Shown: one piece after another, positions 25,077-36,565 of the stretch
Layout of the letters: every line of letters begins with the position of its first letter
Position numbering within the stretch: position 1 is the first letter of the stretch
DNA from: Hemiscyllium ocellatum
Lineage: Eukaryota
DNA: 55,541 bases
Assembly: GCF_020745735.1 (NCBI RefSeq)
Contig: NW_026867489.1
Location: 372,001-427,541 of the forward strand
Direction: 5' to 3'
Notes under the pieces: generated by a model
Database searches by the model: none
What the model saw: only the letters and a program-made list of their open reading frames with translations
Told to the model about the DNA's origin: nothing
Position numbers and translations under genes: made by a program

Positions 25077-26010
25077 GTTAGTAAGTTTGCAAACGATACC
25101 AAAATTGGAGGTATAGTTGACAGCGAAGAGGGTTAGCTCAGATTAAAGCAGGGATCTTGGTCAAATGGGCCAATTGTCAAAGAAGTAGCAGATGGAGTTT
25201 AATTCAGATATATGCGAGATGCTGCATTTCGGAAAAGCAAATCAGAGCAAGTTCTATACACTTAATAGTAAGGTCCTCGGGAGTGTTGCTGAACAAAGTG
25301 GCCTTAGAGTGCAGATTCATAGCTCCTTGAAAGTGGAGTCGCAGGTATATAGAGTAGTGAAGAAGGCCTTTGGTATGCTTTCGTTTGTTAGTCAGTGTAT
25401 TGAGTGCAGGAGTTGGGAGGTCATGTTGTGGCTGTACAAGATATTAGTTAGGCCACTATTGAACATTGCATGCAATTCTGCTCTCCATCCTATCGGAAAG
25501 ATGCTGTGAAATTGAAAAGGTTCAGAAAAAAAATTACAAGCATGTTGCCAGGGTTGGAGGATTTGAGCTATAGGGAGAGACTGAACAGGCCAATGCTGTT
25601 TTCGCTGGAGCGTTGGAGGTTGAGGGGTGACCTTATAGATGTATACAAAATTATGAGGGGCATGGATAGGATAAATAGACAAAGTATTTTCCATGGGGTT
25701 GGGGAATCCACAACTAGAGGGCATACGTTTAGGGCGAGAGGGGAAAGATCTAAGAAAGAGCTAAAGGATACTTTGTCACAAAATGGGTGGTACATGTACG
25801 GAATGAGTTGCCAGGGGATGTGGTGGAGGCTGGTAAAATTGCAACATTTAAGAGGTATTTGGAAGGGTATATGAATAGGAGGGGGTTGGAGGGATATGGG
25901 CTGGGTGCTGGAAGGTGGGACTAGATTGGGTTGAGATATCTGGTCGGTATGGACGGGTTTGACAGAAGGGTCTGTTTCCACACCGTATATCTCTATGAAT
26001 CTATGAATCT
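25077..26010 (+). mobile_element. CR1-type LINE 3' fragment inserted into the ERV protease
   Basis: SKFANDTKIGGIVDSEEG, MEFNSDICEMLHFG, LVRPLL, RWRLRGDLIDVYKIMRGMD; tail ctctatgaatctatgaatct. Confidence 0.92.
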
Positions 26011-27454
26011 ATAACTGTGGTTTTCCCAAGAATTCCACAGTATCAATGTATTTTCCTGGCATGAGAATGTGGGAGGCTTATTGCAGTTAGATGCAAGCTT
26101 AAGCAGCTCCAGTATCTGTCATCATAGGCATCAACTGTCCTTCTACGCTGACCTGTACAATTGGATTCTGTTCAACTTCCTGTGTTATCACAGGATATTG
26201 ATCTTTCCTACTCTGGTTCTTTGGGCACCCGTAAAACATCCTATAGTGATTTACAGGTCACGTCGGGCCTGTCGGGATTTGTGGAGGGTCAGACAGACCT
26301 TCCTGATACATAGATCCACCCTGGGGCCGAGAGGACCAGGGCCAATATGGGCAAGCTCATTTTTTAAAGTCTTGTTGCTAACTCCCCCAACACACTAGTT
26401 CTGATCCTCTCTGAGACAAACTTCTCCCTATATCCTTTGGCCCCACACCTGTTTGTCCCTGTTCTTGGAGATCTTAGTTCTATTTGGGCTATTGATGAAT
26501 TTCATTTTGCCCTTGTTATGGTATCTGTGGAAAAGTCTCTGCAAAACTTTATTTTTGGCATAGTGTTTTCTGGCACTTGCCAGGAGGTGTTAGTGGGTTC
26601 AGTCTCGACCTGTACGTTGCTCATTTCATTAGCGCCGATCAACCTAGTTGTCACTGACAACATCATCTTGCTTTTCTCTCTTTTCATTTAAAGTTCCTCG
26701 AGCTGTATTAGTGCCAACTTTCTTTGCACCACTTCGTGTTATTAAACCAGCTTCTTAAGCCTTTCTGGTATCATTTGACTGCATAGACTACTTGATATCA
26801 GTATTCTTTGCGGGCAATGGACATTAAATCCACTAACTCCTCCAGCTAAAATTTGACTTGAGGGGTCATTGCGTCAACAATAACAATCCAGAGCATTGTG
26901 ATCAATATTGCCTAACTCCCACATTTTGTTCTGTTTCAAGCCACCATCTTTTTATTTAGTTTTCTATATCGGCTGCTGGGTTTTTTTTAGTATCTCCCAG
27001 TGAATCCTCTCTGAAAGCTTTGTGATTGTCCTGAGTTGGATACAGTCTAAGGGCCTGCCGTACTCTATGTCTTACTTGGTCAAACCCAGCAGAATCAATT
27101 ATCAGACTGTCCACCACACTCGTGAGGCGGGATAGGTCCATTATCGCTCTTAATTTTGGAATTCCCACTACATTTCTTAGCAGTGCCTTCACATTATTCA
27201 CAGCCAACAACCGTGGTTTTGGTATTCAAAGGCAATAATCCACTTTCCTGCTCCGTCATGTAAACTGAGGAACACATATTTAAATCTTGCCAGATCCTAG
27301 GTTCCCAAGGAATGAATTGCGGCTGTCTCCATCACCCCCCCAACCACTTTTTTTATACGCAATGGCAGTATCTCCCCCGTGGGAGTTTCTTTCCCTTATT
27401 ACAATTGTTGCAGTGAGACTCATCTGATTCCAATTCTGAACCTATTCGTATTAC

Positions 27455-27664
27455 TGGATTAGTGATGCTGGAAGAGCACAGAAGTTCAGGCAGCATCCAA
27501 GGTGCAGGGAAATCGACGCTTCAGGCAAAAGCCCTTCCTGATGAAGGGTTTTTGCCCGAAACGTCGATTTCGCTGCACCTTGGATGCTGCCTGAACTGCT
27601 TTGCTCTTCCAGCACCAATAATCCAAAGTCTAGTTTCCAGCATCTGCAGTCATTGTTCTTACCT
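27455..27664. mobile_element. Penelope-like-derived palindromic insertion with intact hammerhead core, inside ERV gag
   Basis: Near-perfect inverted arms. ~13-bp TSD (ctattcgtattac 27442-27454 / ctactcgcattac 27665-27677). CTGATGA-A-GGGT-TTTT-GCCC-GAAAC at 27538-27562. Confidence 0.8.
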
Positions 27665-28883
27665 CTACTCGCATTACCTCCCATTCTTTTCGTGCTTGTT
27701 GTGCTTGTACCTATCTTCTTGCCTGTGTTACTGCCTCCTCTGTTCCCCTCCTCCTATCACTCTTTGCCTGTCTCTTCTCAACACCCCTGGAATGATTTAG
27801 AAATGCCTCATAGTCTCTTGGCTCCCGTAACATGAGTAACGTTCGAATTTCCAATCACAATCGCAATTGCACATCGCAATGTCTCTTTCTCCAATTTTAA
27901 AGCTTTTAATTATGTTTGCCTCCTCGCCTGTTCTGCCACTTGTTTTATTCAGAAATTTATTGTCATAATGGAACTGGGATTGAATATGATAGTTGCCGTG
28001 CGGAATGGGTCAGGTTCTTCCCAATCCACTTCCCCTCTATCGCTACTGTCCCCTTTATTACAGGATAGTGTATTACTTACTCTTCACTCGATTTGGGAGA
28101 AGATTATTCTAATTCTTAAATTTGGATTTCAAAAGTGTTTTCCCTCACTGAGCCTTCATATCCAAAGGCTCTCTGTTCTGCGCTAAAAATGTGGAGACTT
28201 TTCCTTCCAAAGTCTTTGTTTCCAAAAGCTGTTCGTTCTGCTCTCTGGCATTGTTCATATGTAAATTTTCGTCTGTCTAAGTATCATCCAGTCCTTTTTT
28301 TTAAAAAAAGAATATCACAGTCGAGTAGCACTTTCGGAAACTTACCTTTTCTCTACTATTTTACTTTTGATAGTCTACTACTATTCTGCCGGCTTTCAAT
28401 ACGATTCAAAGTCACTAATACTATCAATAAAATAATCCTTACCAGTTCTGCCCGTACACTTCCCCGATTTTCCTTTTCTTTTTGATTAGTTTTTATTTAT
28501 TTTTCTTTACTATTTCAGAACGGTATCCACCCAACTTATACACACCACGTGGAATTTTGTCTCAATCCCTTTATTCTATACCTCCTCATCCACCCCACGC
28601 ACTTTTCCTGAACAATCCTCTGCGTCTCCTCAAACTGTAATTTACTATCCAACTGATGATTTTTTTGTATTGGAGGGACGCACCAGCAGCTTCCTTTGCG
28701 CTTTTGTGTTTCTATGAACGTCACTTACTTGACATAATACTGTCCAAATTAGCAGCAAAACACTTACCCTTTCTTTTGTGGTTGCCCAATCATTTTATTC
28801 TATCTGCCTCATGATAGTCGTTGGTTCAACTGGAAAGTGCCCTGCAGCTACAGCCTCTTTATAGAGGGAAAGGTTTCTTCCTG

Positions 28884-28901
28884 GTTCCATCTGGGGTGCC
28901 A
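28884..28901 (-). promoter_or_regulatory. Primer-binding site complementary to tRNA-Arg(CCT) 3' end
   Basis: TGGCACCCCAGATGGAAC against TGGCACCCCAGATGGGAC expected from the vertebrate tRNA-Arg-CCT end GTCCCATCTGGGGTGCCA (recalled, not searched). Confidence 0.75.
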
Positions 28902-28905
28902 AATT

Positions 28906-29334
28906 TGTTGTTGGAGAATCTCTCAAAGTTCTGTTAAAAATTACGAGGAGACGCAAAATATCCCTCACGAAGCTAAATTTTAATTTGCAGAGAAAAGCTG
29001 TAGAAATAAGTTAATTGCTACCTGATTGTCCACCAAGCCTTTGTCCCACTGCAGTTTATAATATTGTTGTTCCTACACCTCTCAGATAACATTAATGCAA
29101 CCAAGCGTACTTGCTTTATCTTTCTTAACTATTCATCGTCTGCCACACTGTTTCCTATATTACACTTAATATAGCACATTACCCCATCATCGGTTTCAGC
29201 ATTAGCTCATGTATCAGTGATTTAACTAGCCCATCACAGTGCACTAGCATTATCTATTACTGGAGCTCGGTAATATGATGCCGGACATGCATTAGACCAC
29301 TGAGTTAACAACATAACTGCCTTAGTAACTTCCA
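28906..29334 (-). repeat. 5' LTR of the ERV-like element
   Basis: Starts TG at 29334, exactly where the duplication match breaks, and ends CA 4 nt before the PBS. It has a minus-strand TATAAA (~29055) and ATTAAA (~28980). No second LTR is visible in the window. Confidence 0.6.
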
Positions 29335-30067
29335 TAGTCACCACGATGTTTGCCTTTGAAATGGATTTCGTTTAAAAAATTGGAGCAGTCAATGTTAAGA
29401 AAAAAAATGCTGTTGAAGTCTGAAGCAGAAATGATGATCTCTAAAGTGTGCCTTGTAATAAAGTCACTTTACGACTCTATTGTGATTGTGTAATAATACT
29501 TTAAATCCATACATCAACTTTGATAAGTTCAGTTTTGGTACAAAACTGAGTGGTGCAGACGAAGTGTTGCTAAGTTAATTTGAAATAACTGTCGTGAAAC
29601 AGCAATCTCTCATTTGTTGTTATAAATGCTCAGCATTTGACGGATTCCATTATCTGTGTATCCATGTCAGGATACCTGTTAGGACCCGACCCATTTAGCA
29701 TAAAAATCATGAAGTCGAGATAATTCTTAATATATTCTAAAGGTCTTCCGGACACGAGCAGCAACGTAATTTTGCATTAAGCATTTTTACCAGTTTTCCT
29801 TTCCTGTTGAAAAGTAAAGTTGAACATAGAACTTTACAGACACTTCAGCCATGACTATGGTCTCCAGACACTGTTACTCGATTTGCACGTCGGACACATG
29901 TGGGCACAGACGAATAAAGTATGAATTAGTAACGGGTACCATCGAAGCGAGTTTGTAAGTGAACAATTATGTGTATCTCTAAATTTCCTTGCTGTGATCA
30001 TTATTCTTCACTCCTATGAAAAACGCTCGAGCTCCCGCAGCCCTGCTTAATATGACATCTCAGGTTA

Positions 30068-30603
30068 CAGCAGGATCTTGACCAGTTTGGCGAATAGGCT
30101 CAGGGGTGGCAGATTAAGTTTACTTTAGGTAAATGCAAGTAGCTTTATTTTGGAAAATCAAATCAGAGCAGACCGGGTCCGTTTTCACTAGATCGTCGGA
30201 GGCAGAGGGGTAACCTTACACATGTTTATAAACTCATGAGGGGCATAGATGAGATAAATACACAAAGTGCTTTATTGCCCTTGGGTGAGAGAGGTCAGAA
30301 CTGGAGAGCTTATGTTTAGGGTGAGAAGGGAAAGATATAAATGGGATCTAAGGGGCAACACTTTCATGAAGAGGGTGTGCAGAGGGTGGTGTTTGTATGG
30401 AATGAGGTGTCAGAGCAAGTGGTGGAGGCTGGTACCATTGCAACATCTAAAAGGCATTTGGATGGGTATATGAATAGGAAGGTTCAGAGGAATATGGGCC
30501 AAGTGCTTGCAAATAGGACTAGATTAGTTTGGGATATCGGGTAGGCACGGACGAGTTGGATTCAAAGGGTCTATTTCTGTGCTGTACATCTCTATGACCC
30601 TCT
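30068..30603 (+). mobile_element. CR1-type LINE 3' fragment with internal deletion
   Basis: caggatcttgaccag...tttggaaaatcaaatcag joined directly to the C-terminal RRQRGNL..VYK.MRG region, then the 3' UTR and ctctatgac tail. Confidence 0.85.
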
Positions 30604-30604
30604 G

Positions 30605-33555
30605 ACATGCTCTACAATCCAGGCAGCATCCTGGTAGCTCTCCTCTACATCATTTATAAAGCTTTCACATCTTTCGTACAATTAGGCAATCAGAGTTGAC
30701 TACAATATTCGAAGTATGGTCCAACCAGGGCTCTGTAGAGCTGCAGCATATCCACCCAGCTTTTTAACTAAGTCCCCGGGCTAATGAAAGCCAATGCACT
30801 ATGTGCCTTCCGAATAGAGAGTAGTGGAAGATGGAACGTATTTCGCTTCTAGCTTGGGTGGCAGTTTTGAGGGATCTATGAATATGGATACCTAGATTCC
30901 TCTACTCCTCCACGCTGCCAAGAATCCGGCCTTTAAACCTGCGTTCTCCATTCAAATTCGAATTTGCAAATTGAATCATTTCACATGTTTCCACGCTGAA
31001 CTCCATCTGCCAATTACCAACCCAGTTCTGCATCCTGTTGAAACCTTCAACTGCCCTCAACACTATCCACAATTTAACCAACCTACGTTTCATCGGCAAA
31101 TTTAGTAACCCGTTCATCCATTTCCTCCCCAAGTTATTTGTAAAAATTACTAAATACATAGGTCCCAGAACCCATCCCTATGGAACACCACTGGTCACCA
31201 AGTTCCAAGCTGAATACTTTCTATCTAGTACCACCATCTGTCTTTTGTGAGTCAGGCAATTCTGTATCAAATCAGCCACATTTCTAAATATCCCATGCCC
31301 GCTTCCTTTCTGAATGAGTCTGCTATGGGGAACCTTAGCAAGCGCCTTACTAAAATCCACGTAAACCACATCCACTGTTCTACCTTCATCAATGTATTTG
31401 TCACAGGCTCAAAGAAGTCAATCAGTTTTGTGAGGCATGACTTGTTACTCACAAAGCCATGCAAGCAACCTTTAGTCAAACTATGGTTTACCAATTAACC
31501 ATAATTCCTGTCTGTCAGAATGCACTCCAGTTATTTGCCCACCACAGACGTAAGACCGACTGGTCTGTAATTCCCAGGGTTATACCTCTTCCCTTCCTTG
31601 AACAAAGGAATATAGTTCATCACCGTCCAATCATCTGACATTCCTCCAGTGGACAGTGAAGTCACAAACATCAGCGCCAAAAGCACAGCAATCTCCTCAC
31701 TCTATTCCTGTCGTAACCAATGGCATATCTTGTCTGGCCCAGGGGATTTATATATTCTTACGCTTTTCAAAATTTTCAGCAAATTCTCCTGCATAATATC
31801 AACCTGTTCGAATACATCAATTTGTTTCACGCTGCCCTCAGAAACTTCAAAATCCCTCTGCATCGTGAATATTGATGCAAAGGCTTCGGTAAGTCCCTCG
31901 CTACTTCATTAAATTCCAGGCACAAGTTTCCTCCACTATCGCTACACTGACTCTGCCCAGCTTCTTGTTCCTTCTATAAGCGTAGAATATCTTACTCCTA
32001 TCCGCTAATGTTCATTCATGCCTCATTCTAGCTCTCCTAACTCCATTCTTCCGTTACTTCCTGGTTACCTTGCAAAAGTCTAAAGCCCATCAGATCCTTG
32101 TCTCCTCAAACTTAACAAAGTTTCCTTCTTCCTCTTGACTAGATATGCTGGGACATTCCTGTCAGCAAGTGCTCCCAAACAATCTCGACTTTCCTCTCGT
32201 GCGTTTCCCTGAAAACATCTGCCTCCAATTTAGCGCCCTTGTTATTGCCTATAGCATCGTAATTCCCCCTCCCCCAAATAGATATTTCCCCATACCGCCT
32301 GCTCCAATCCTTCTGACTGACGACAGTAAAGCTCAGGGATTTCTTTTTTATCACTATCACCGAAATGCTCTTCCATTGAGAGTTCCGATTCCCACCCACA
32401 TGTCAATCTAAATTAAAACATCCCAAAGAGCTCAATGAAATCTCCTGCCGAGGGATTTGTACCCTTCCAATTCAAGTGCAACCAATTCTTGCTGTACATG
32501 TCGCACCTTCACCAAAACCAATGTGGCCTCCCCTCTAGTTGGTGTATCTGCATATTGAGTCAGGAACACTTCCTGAACGCACCTGGTAAAAGCTGTTGTA
32601 TCCAAATTATTTGAACCAAGAAGGTTCCAATCAATATTGCAGAAGTTAAAATCACGCATAACAACAATCCTGTTACCTCTGCATCTTTCAATATCTATCC
32701 CCAGATCTGCTCCTTCATGTCTCTGTTGCTACTGGAGGGTCTGTAGGAAACTCCCGATAAAGTGGCTGTTCCTTTCCTGTTTCTGACTTCCAACCTTACT
32801 GGCTCTGTAGACAAACTCTCCTCGACGGCCTCCATTTCTGCAACTGTGATACAATCACTGATTAGCAACACCACTCTTCCACCTTTTTTTGCTTATGCTC
32901 TAATCATTTTTAAACATTTAAACCCGGGAACACTCAACATCCATTCCTGCCCCTGTGATGTCCTAGCCTCCGTAATGGACACAAGATCACTGTTTCAGGT
33001 ATTGACCCCTACGTTAAGTTCATCACCCTTATTTCTGCTACGTTTTGCGTTAAGCTGGACACATTTTAACCCATGACACTGATGCAACTTTGTCTTATCA
33101 AGTGTGTATCCCTACTCACAGATTTTCTGCACGCTGTAACTCGCTGTTCACCTCATCCTCCAATTCGCAGCTGCAGTTCTCATCCAACTGCCAATCTGGA
33201 TTAAAACCTCCCGAAGAGCTCTTGCAAACCACTTGCGCAGGATATTGGTGCCCCTCCAGTCTGGGTGCAACCATCCTTCTTGGACATGTCCTACCTTCAC
33301 CAGATAGTATCCCAATAATTCACGTATCTAAGTCCCTACACGGACATTGCAGCCAAGAGTTCATCAGCATTCACTCTCTCATCCTCGCCTCTCCAGCCCA
33401 TGGAGTGGTAGCACACCTGAGATTACTACTCTGTTCTTCCTGCCATCTAGCTTCCAACCTAGCTCCCTGTATTCACTTCTCATGTCCTTCATCCTTTTGT
33501 TAGCTGTGTCATTGGTACAGATGTGTGCCATGACTTGTGTGGTGCTCCTTCACCG
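30605..33555 (-). mobile_element. Degenerate CR1-type LINE (ORF1 esterase end, AP endonuclease, RT)
   Basis: HGFVSNKSCLTKLIDFFE, DVVYVDFSKALAKVPHSRL, SGVP (RT); RDFNFCNIDW...FLTQYADTPTRGEA (endonuclease); HICTND-type esterase remnant near 33520. Confidence 0.9.
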
Positions 33556-34659
33556 TTTCTGAGGAGATTCGATTGGGAAATACGAGGTAAGTCTGCAGAG
33601 AAGCTTTCTCCAATTTGAACGAGAACAAGAAATGAGTTGCAATAATTATCTCTGGGGTAATTGTCTTTGAATCAGCCACGCAATATTACAAACTGCTACC
33701 CACAGTGTTATCGAGGTTCAGTGAAACAACAAGAGATTCCCACCTCCACCCCTTCATACATTCGGATCTCTGATCTCCATTGTGAATGGTCAATATATTC
33801 AAAAATTAGAAAGGCCAGTTTTTCCGAGGTCTCTTTCTGCGTGTGTTAAATTAAAATATTACTTTATAGCTGTTGTGTGTATTATTCATGACAAAACTCT
33901 ATGCAGGACAGACTCCAATATGAAACAGCAAAAACATGCAATATTACACGTCACTAGCCCAACGCAAAGTTTTACACTTCAAAGGACCAGGACAAAGGAC
34001 CAGGGTTAGAGTTGCTGAATGCCTCATTATTTTGTTGTACGCCAGAGAGTCGTCATTTCTCGGTTTCTTTCCGAATGATGGCGGTAGAGTTGTGATCTCA
34101 CTGGTAAGCGGACTTAGAAATGAGGCAGAATTGTGGATGAACTGTCGACCAAACGTTGTAATAATGAATGGCACAGCAATTTTCAAGAGCCAAAAGACAT
34201 ACTACAAATCGCATGGTGCGTCAGGCGACTAACTCTCTGTTCGTATTGTCTGCAGAACAAAAGGATTCTCAGCTGATTATATGTCACATGGTGTCTGTGC
34301 CAGATATGAAACAATCCTCACCCTATCCGGATATTACATTTTCACTATTTCGATTTAAAACTGTTCAGCTTCTGTTTCTTCTGTTCAAACACTCAATTAT
34401 CTATGAGCTGATACAATTCAACTCTAGCTCTCTCTGCTTAAATCCACTATTCGCTCACAACCATGTCACTTCTCATTTATTCATCATTCCGAACAGTAGC
34501 AGTTCTCTTAAGTGGTATGTTGTCGAGTTGTAAAACGGATGCGTCATGTGATTAGCAATATTCTCTTTATTTGTGTTTCACAGTGCTAAAATATATATTC
34601 TTAATTTGTAAATAGTTATTATAATCGTCATTTGAATAGTTTTTTCTAAATTTCTGGAG

Positions 34660-34966
34660 GTGTTAATTGTGCAGACCATGTCTCACAAAAGCTGGTTACA
34701 GTAGCACAGCTCGAAGCAGATTCTGTGACTATTCATTTCAGCTATACAATTGCAGGTGCTCAATATTCCCTACAGTTGTACCGCCAAGATCCAGGTACAC
34801 CTCCGATATTCTTGATCTACATCCCTACATATGGAGAGGTCATGAGAGCGAAAGATATTGGTGATCGATTCTCTGCATCTCTGGACATTTCAAACAAGGA
34901 GGGAAATTTCACCATCAGGAGTCTCCAACTGTCTGAAAGCGCGGTGTATTACTGTGCGCTGAAAGA
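34660..34966 (+). pseudogene. TCR alpha/delta V exon, open frame but non-canonical (ORF/pseudogene)
   Basis: VNCADHVSQKLVTVAQLEADSVTIHFSY..LQLYRQDPGTPPIFLIY...DRFSASLDISNKEGNFTIRSLQLSESAVYYCALKD. Cys23 is Phe and Trp41 is Leu. The acceptor is GAG rather than YAG, and the leader is uncertain (possibly 34539-34584 with a GC donor). Confidence 0.85.
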
Positions 34967-35005
34967 CACATTGACTGGAAGAAGAGGGAGCCTCGTACAT
35001 AAACA
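34967..35005 (+). other. 23-bp-spacer RSS
   Basis: CACATTG - 23 nt - ACATAAACA. Confidence 0.88.
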
Positions 35006-35989
35006 CCGCTGCAATGGAATGACGTGCCAATTATGGTTCGTACATTCGGGAGTAACATTTACTTCTAAATTTATACTGGATTTCACTGTATTCAAATGAG
35101 CCAAAGCAATTTACAAGGCGACAGCACTAGGGAAGGCATGCTGTCCTCATTTGATGTTGAACACATTTTGAATAAAATGCAAGTACGTCAATAATGAATG
35201 TAAACTCTTCTGACAATTAAAGTCATTGTAAATACAATGATTGTCAAAAATAGTCCGATCAATAAAGAAGGTGCATGCAACAGAATATAAGGCAACGATT
35301 AATCAATACTGCGGACATTGGAGGTGAAACAACCTTATCTGGTATGCATAGATTTACAAAAGCAATTTCATCAATATTTAAAACATATTTGCAATTCAGC
35401 CTTTCTCATCAGGCTATTTTGCAATCTTCTGGGAGCCATTCCGGAACCTAATGTTCAATATTTATGTATGACATCTTATTTTTGTAGTTATATTGTTCAT
35501 TGCTTCGAACTTCATATCACTAACCATCTCGTTGCGCCTGCTAATGTTATGGAGAGTTGGAATTAATATGAGTTTTTATGTTGAATATGATGAGACTTGC
35601 AAACAGGATATTGCAATTATTAAATGTTTCACTGGACAGGCTTCAGTTTTCGCTACAAAATGATATTTCAAATGAAAACAATCAGTTCCTTTGCAGTATG
35701 ATCTTTCTGAAACTGCCAAGCGAGGACATATCTCGTTATAGTCTACCAGAAGCATTTTCTTGCTTCATTCCAGTTGCAACTTCACAGAAATTGCCAATAA
35801 AACAGCATACTTGAGCTCCACTATACAGTCAGTGACAGCATCAGTAACCGATATGAAAATATCAAAAATATGTTTATGTGAACTATACTGAAGGTCTTCC
35901 CGTTCATACATCTACTGAAACAACAATGTGCAACACGCTGTTGCACACGGCCCTCGCCAGGCAACAGCTGTGACCCAGAATCTTGCCGC

Positions 35990-36028
35990 TGTTATTGCAC
36001 AAAGCTTTCGCTGGTTCCCCTCACTGAT
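35990..36028 (-). other. Degenerate 23-bp-spacer RSS
   Basis: ATCAGTG - 23 nt - GCAATAACA after the V coding end. Confidence 0.65.
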
Positions 36029-36308
36029 AGGTTCCTTGCACAGTGATGGTCCGCGGTGTCAGATAGCATCAGCTCTGAGACGATCAATCAAAACAAAGTG
36101 TCAGATTTCTGGGATAAATTCGTCTTAAATTCAGCACTGTAGCTTTCCAGTCTCCAGACTGAAAATTCGGGCAGCCTGCTCAGTTACTGATGGTACCAGA
36201 ACAGGGAATAAGCATTGCTGGTGTTTCTGCAGCTTAAAGTGGAATTTTCTCCCTCTCTCTGTGTGAGTGTGTGCTCCCACTGAGTAACGGAATCTCCATT
36301 GCTCAGAT
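36029..36308 (-). pseudogene. TCR alpha V pseudogene
   Basis: After a TTCCAG acceptor: LSNGDSVTQWEHTLTQREGENSTLSCRNTSNAYSLFWYHQ*...F*LIVSELMLSDTADHHCARN. Two in-frame stops. Not evident in the ORF track frame. Confidence 0.85.
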
Positions 36309-36432
36309 CTGGAACACAAGGTTAAAGAAAGCGGAAATATTTGATTTAACATACAGTTAGAAATGCGAACTGATGGCAAAAATGTCGCATTCCATTTGAC
36401 GCAAAATTAAATAGGAATTCCAGCGTAAATCA

Positions 36433-36565
36433 AAAATAAAACTCTGGATGCTGGAAACCTCAGATGTGAAGAAGGGTTACTGGATCCGAAACTGCGAAAA
36501 TTCTGTTTTACTTCCAAGATGATATCAAACATGTGGAGTTTTCTCAGCGCTTCCTATTTTCTTTT
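36433..36565. mobile_element. Degraded Penelope-like-derived fragment
   Basis: ggatgctggaaacc followed by tgaagaagggttactggatccgaaac (hammerhead-like core), similar to the other palindromic insertions. Confidence 0.5.

Larger units (their letters stand above)
24722..29334 (-). mobile_element. Endogenous retrovirus-like element (fish class I/ZFERV-like), 3'-truncated: LTR - PBS - gag - protease - start of pol
   Basis: TG..CA-bounded LTR-like segment, 17/18 tRNA-Arg PBS, and decayed gag. The protease reads NPIVQVSVEGQLMPMMTDTGAA (DTG at 26108-26116) and resumes after a LINE as LPFLVSKGTPIKLLGMD, followed by YWIAHI...WEKW...SELHCT. Confidence 0.8.
20190..30000 (+). repeat. Segmental duplication unit, copy 2 (expanded by SINE, Gypsy, ERV and LINE insertions)
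   Basis: Matches 11850-14750 up to ~23420, then resumes matching 15372 onward at 29335. Confidence 0.75.

Noticed and set aside
25700-25722. CTCF-like CAACTAGAGGGCAT
   Set aside because: It is part of the LINE ORF2 coding sequence (TRGH motif) and is seen in other copies.
25392-25981. 100-137 aa ORFs on both strands
   Set aside because: These are frames of the CR1 LINE 3' fragment, not host genes. The same applies to the ORFs at 30267-33562 and 54063-55535.
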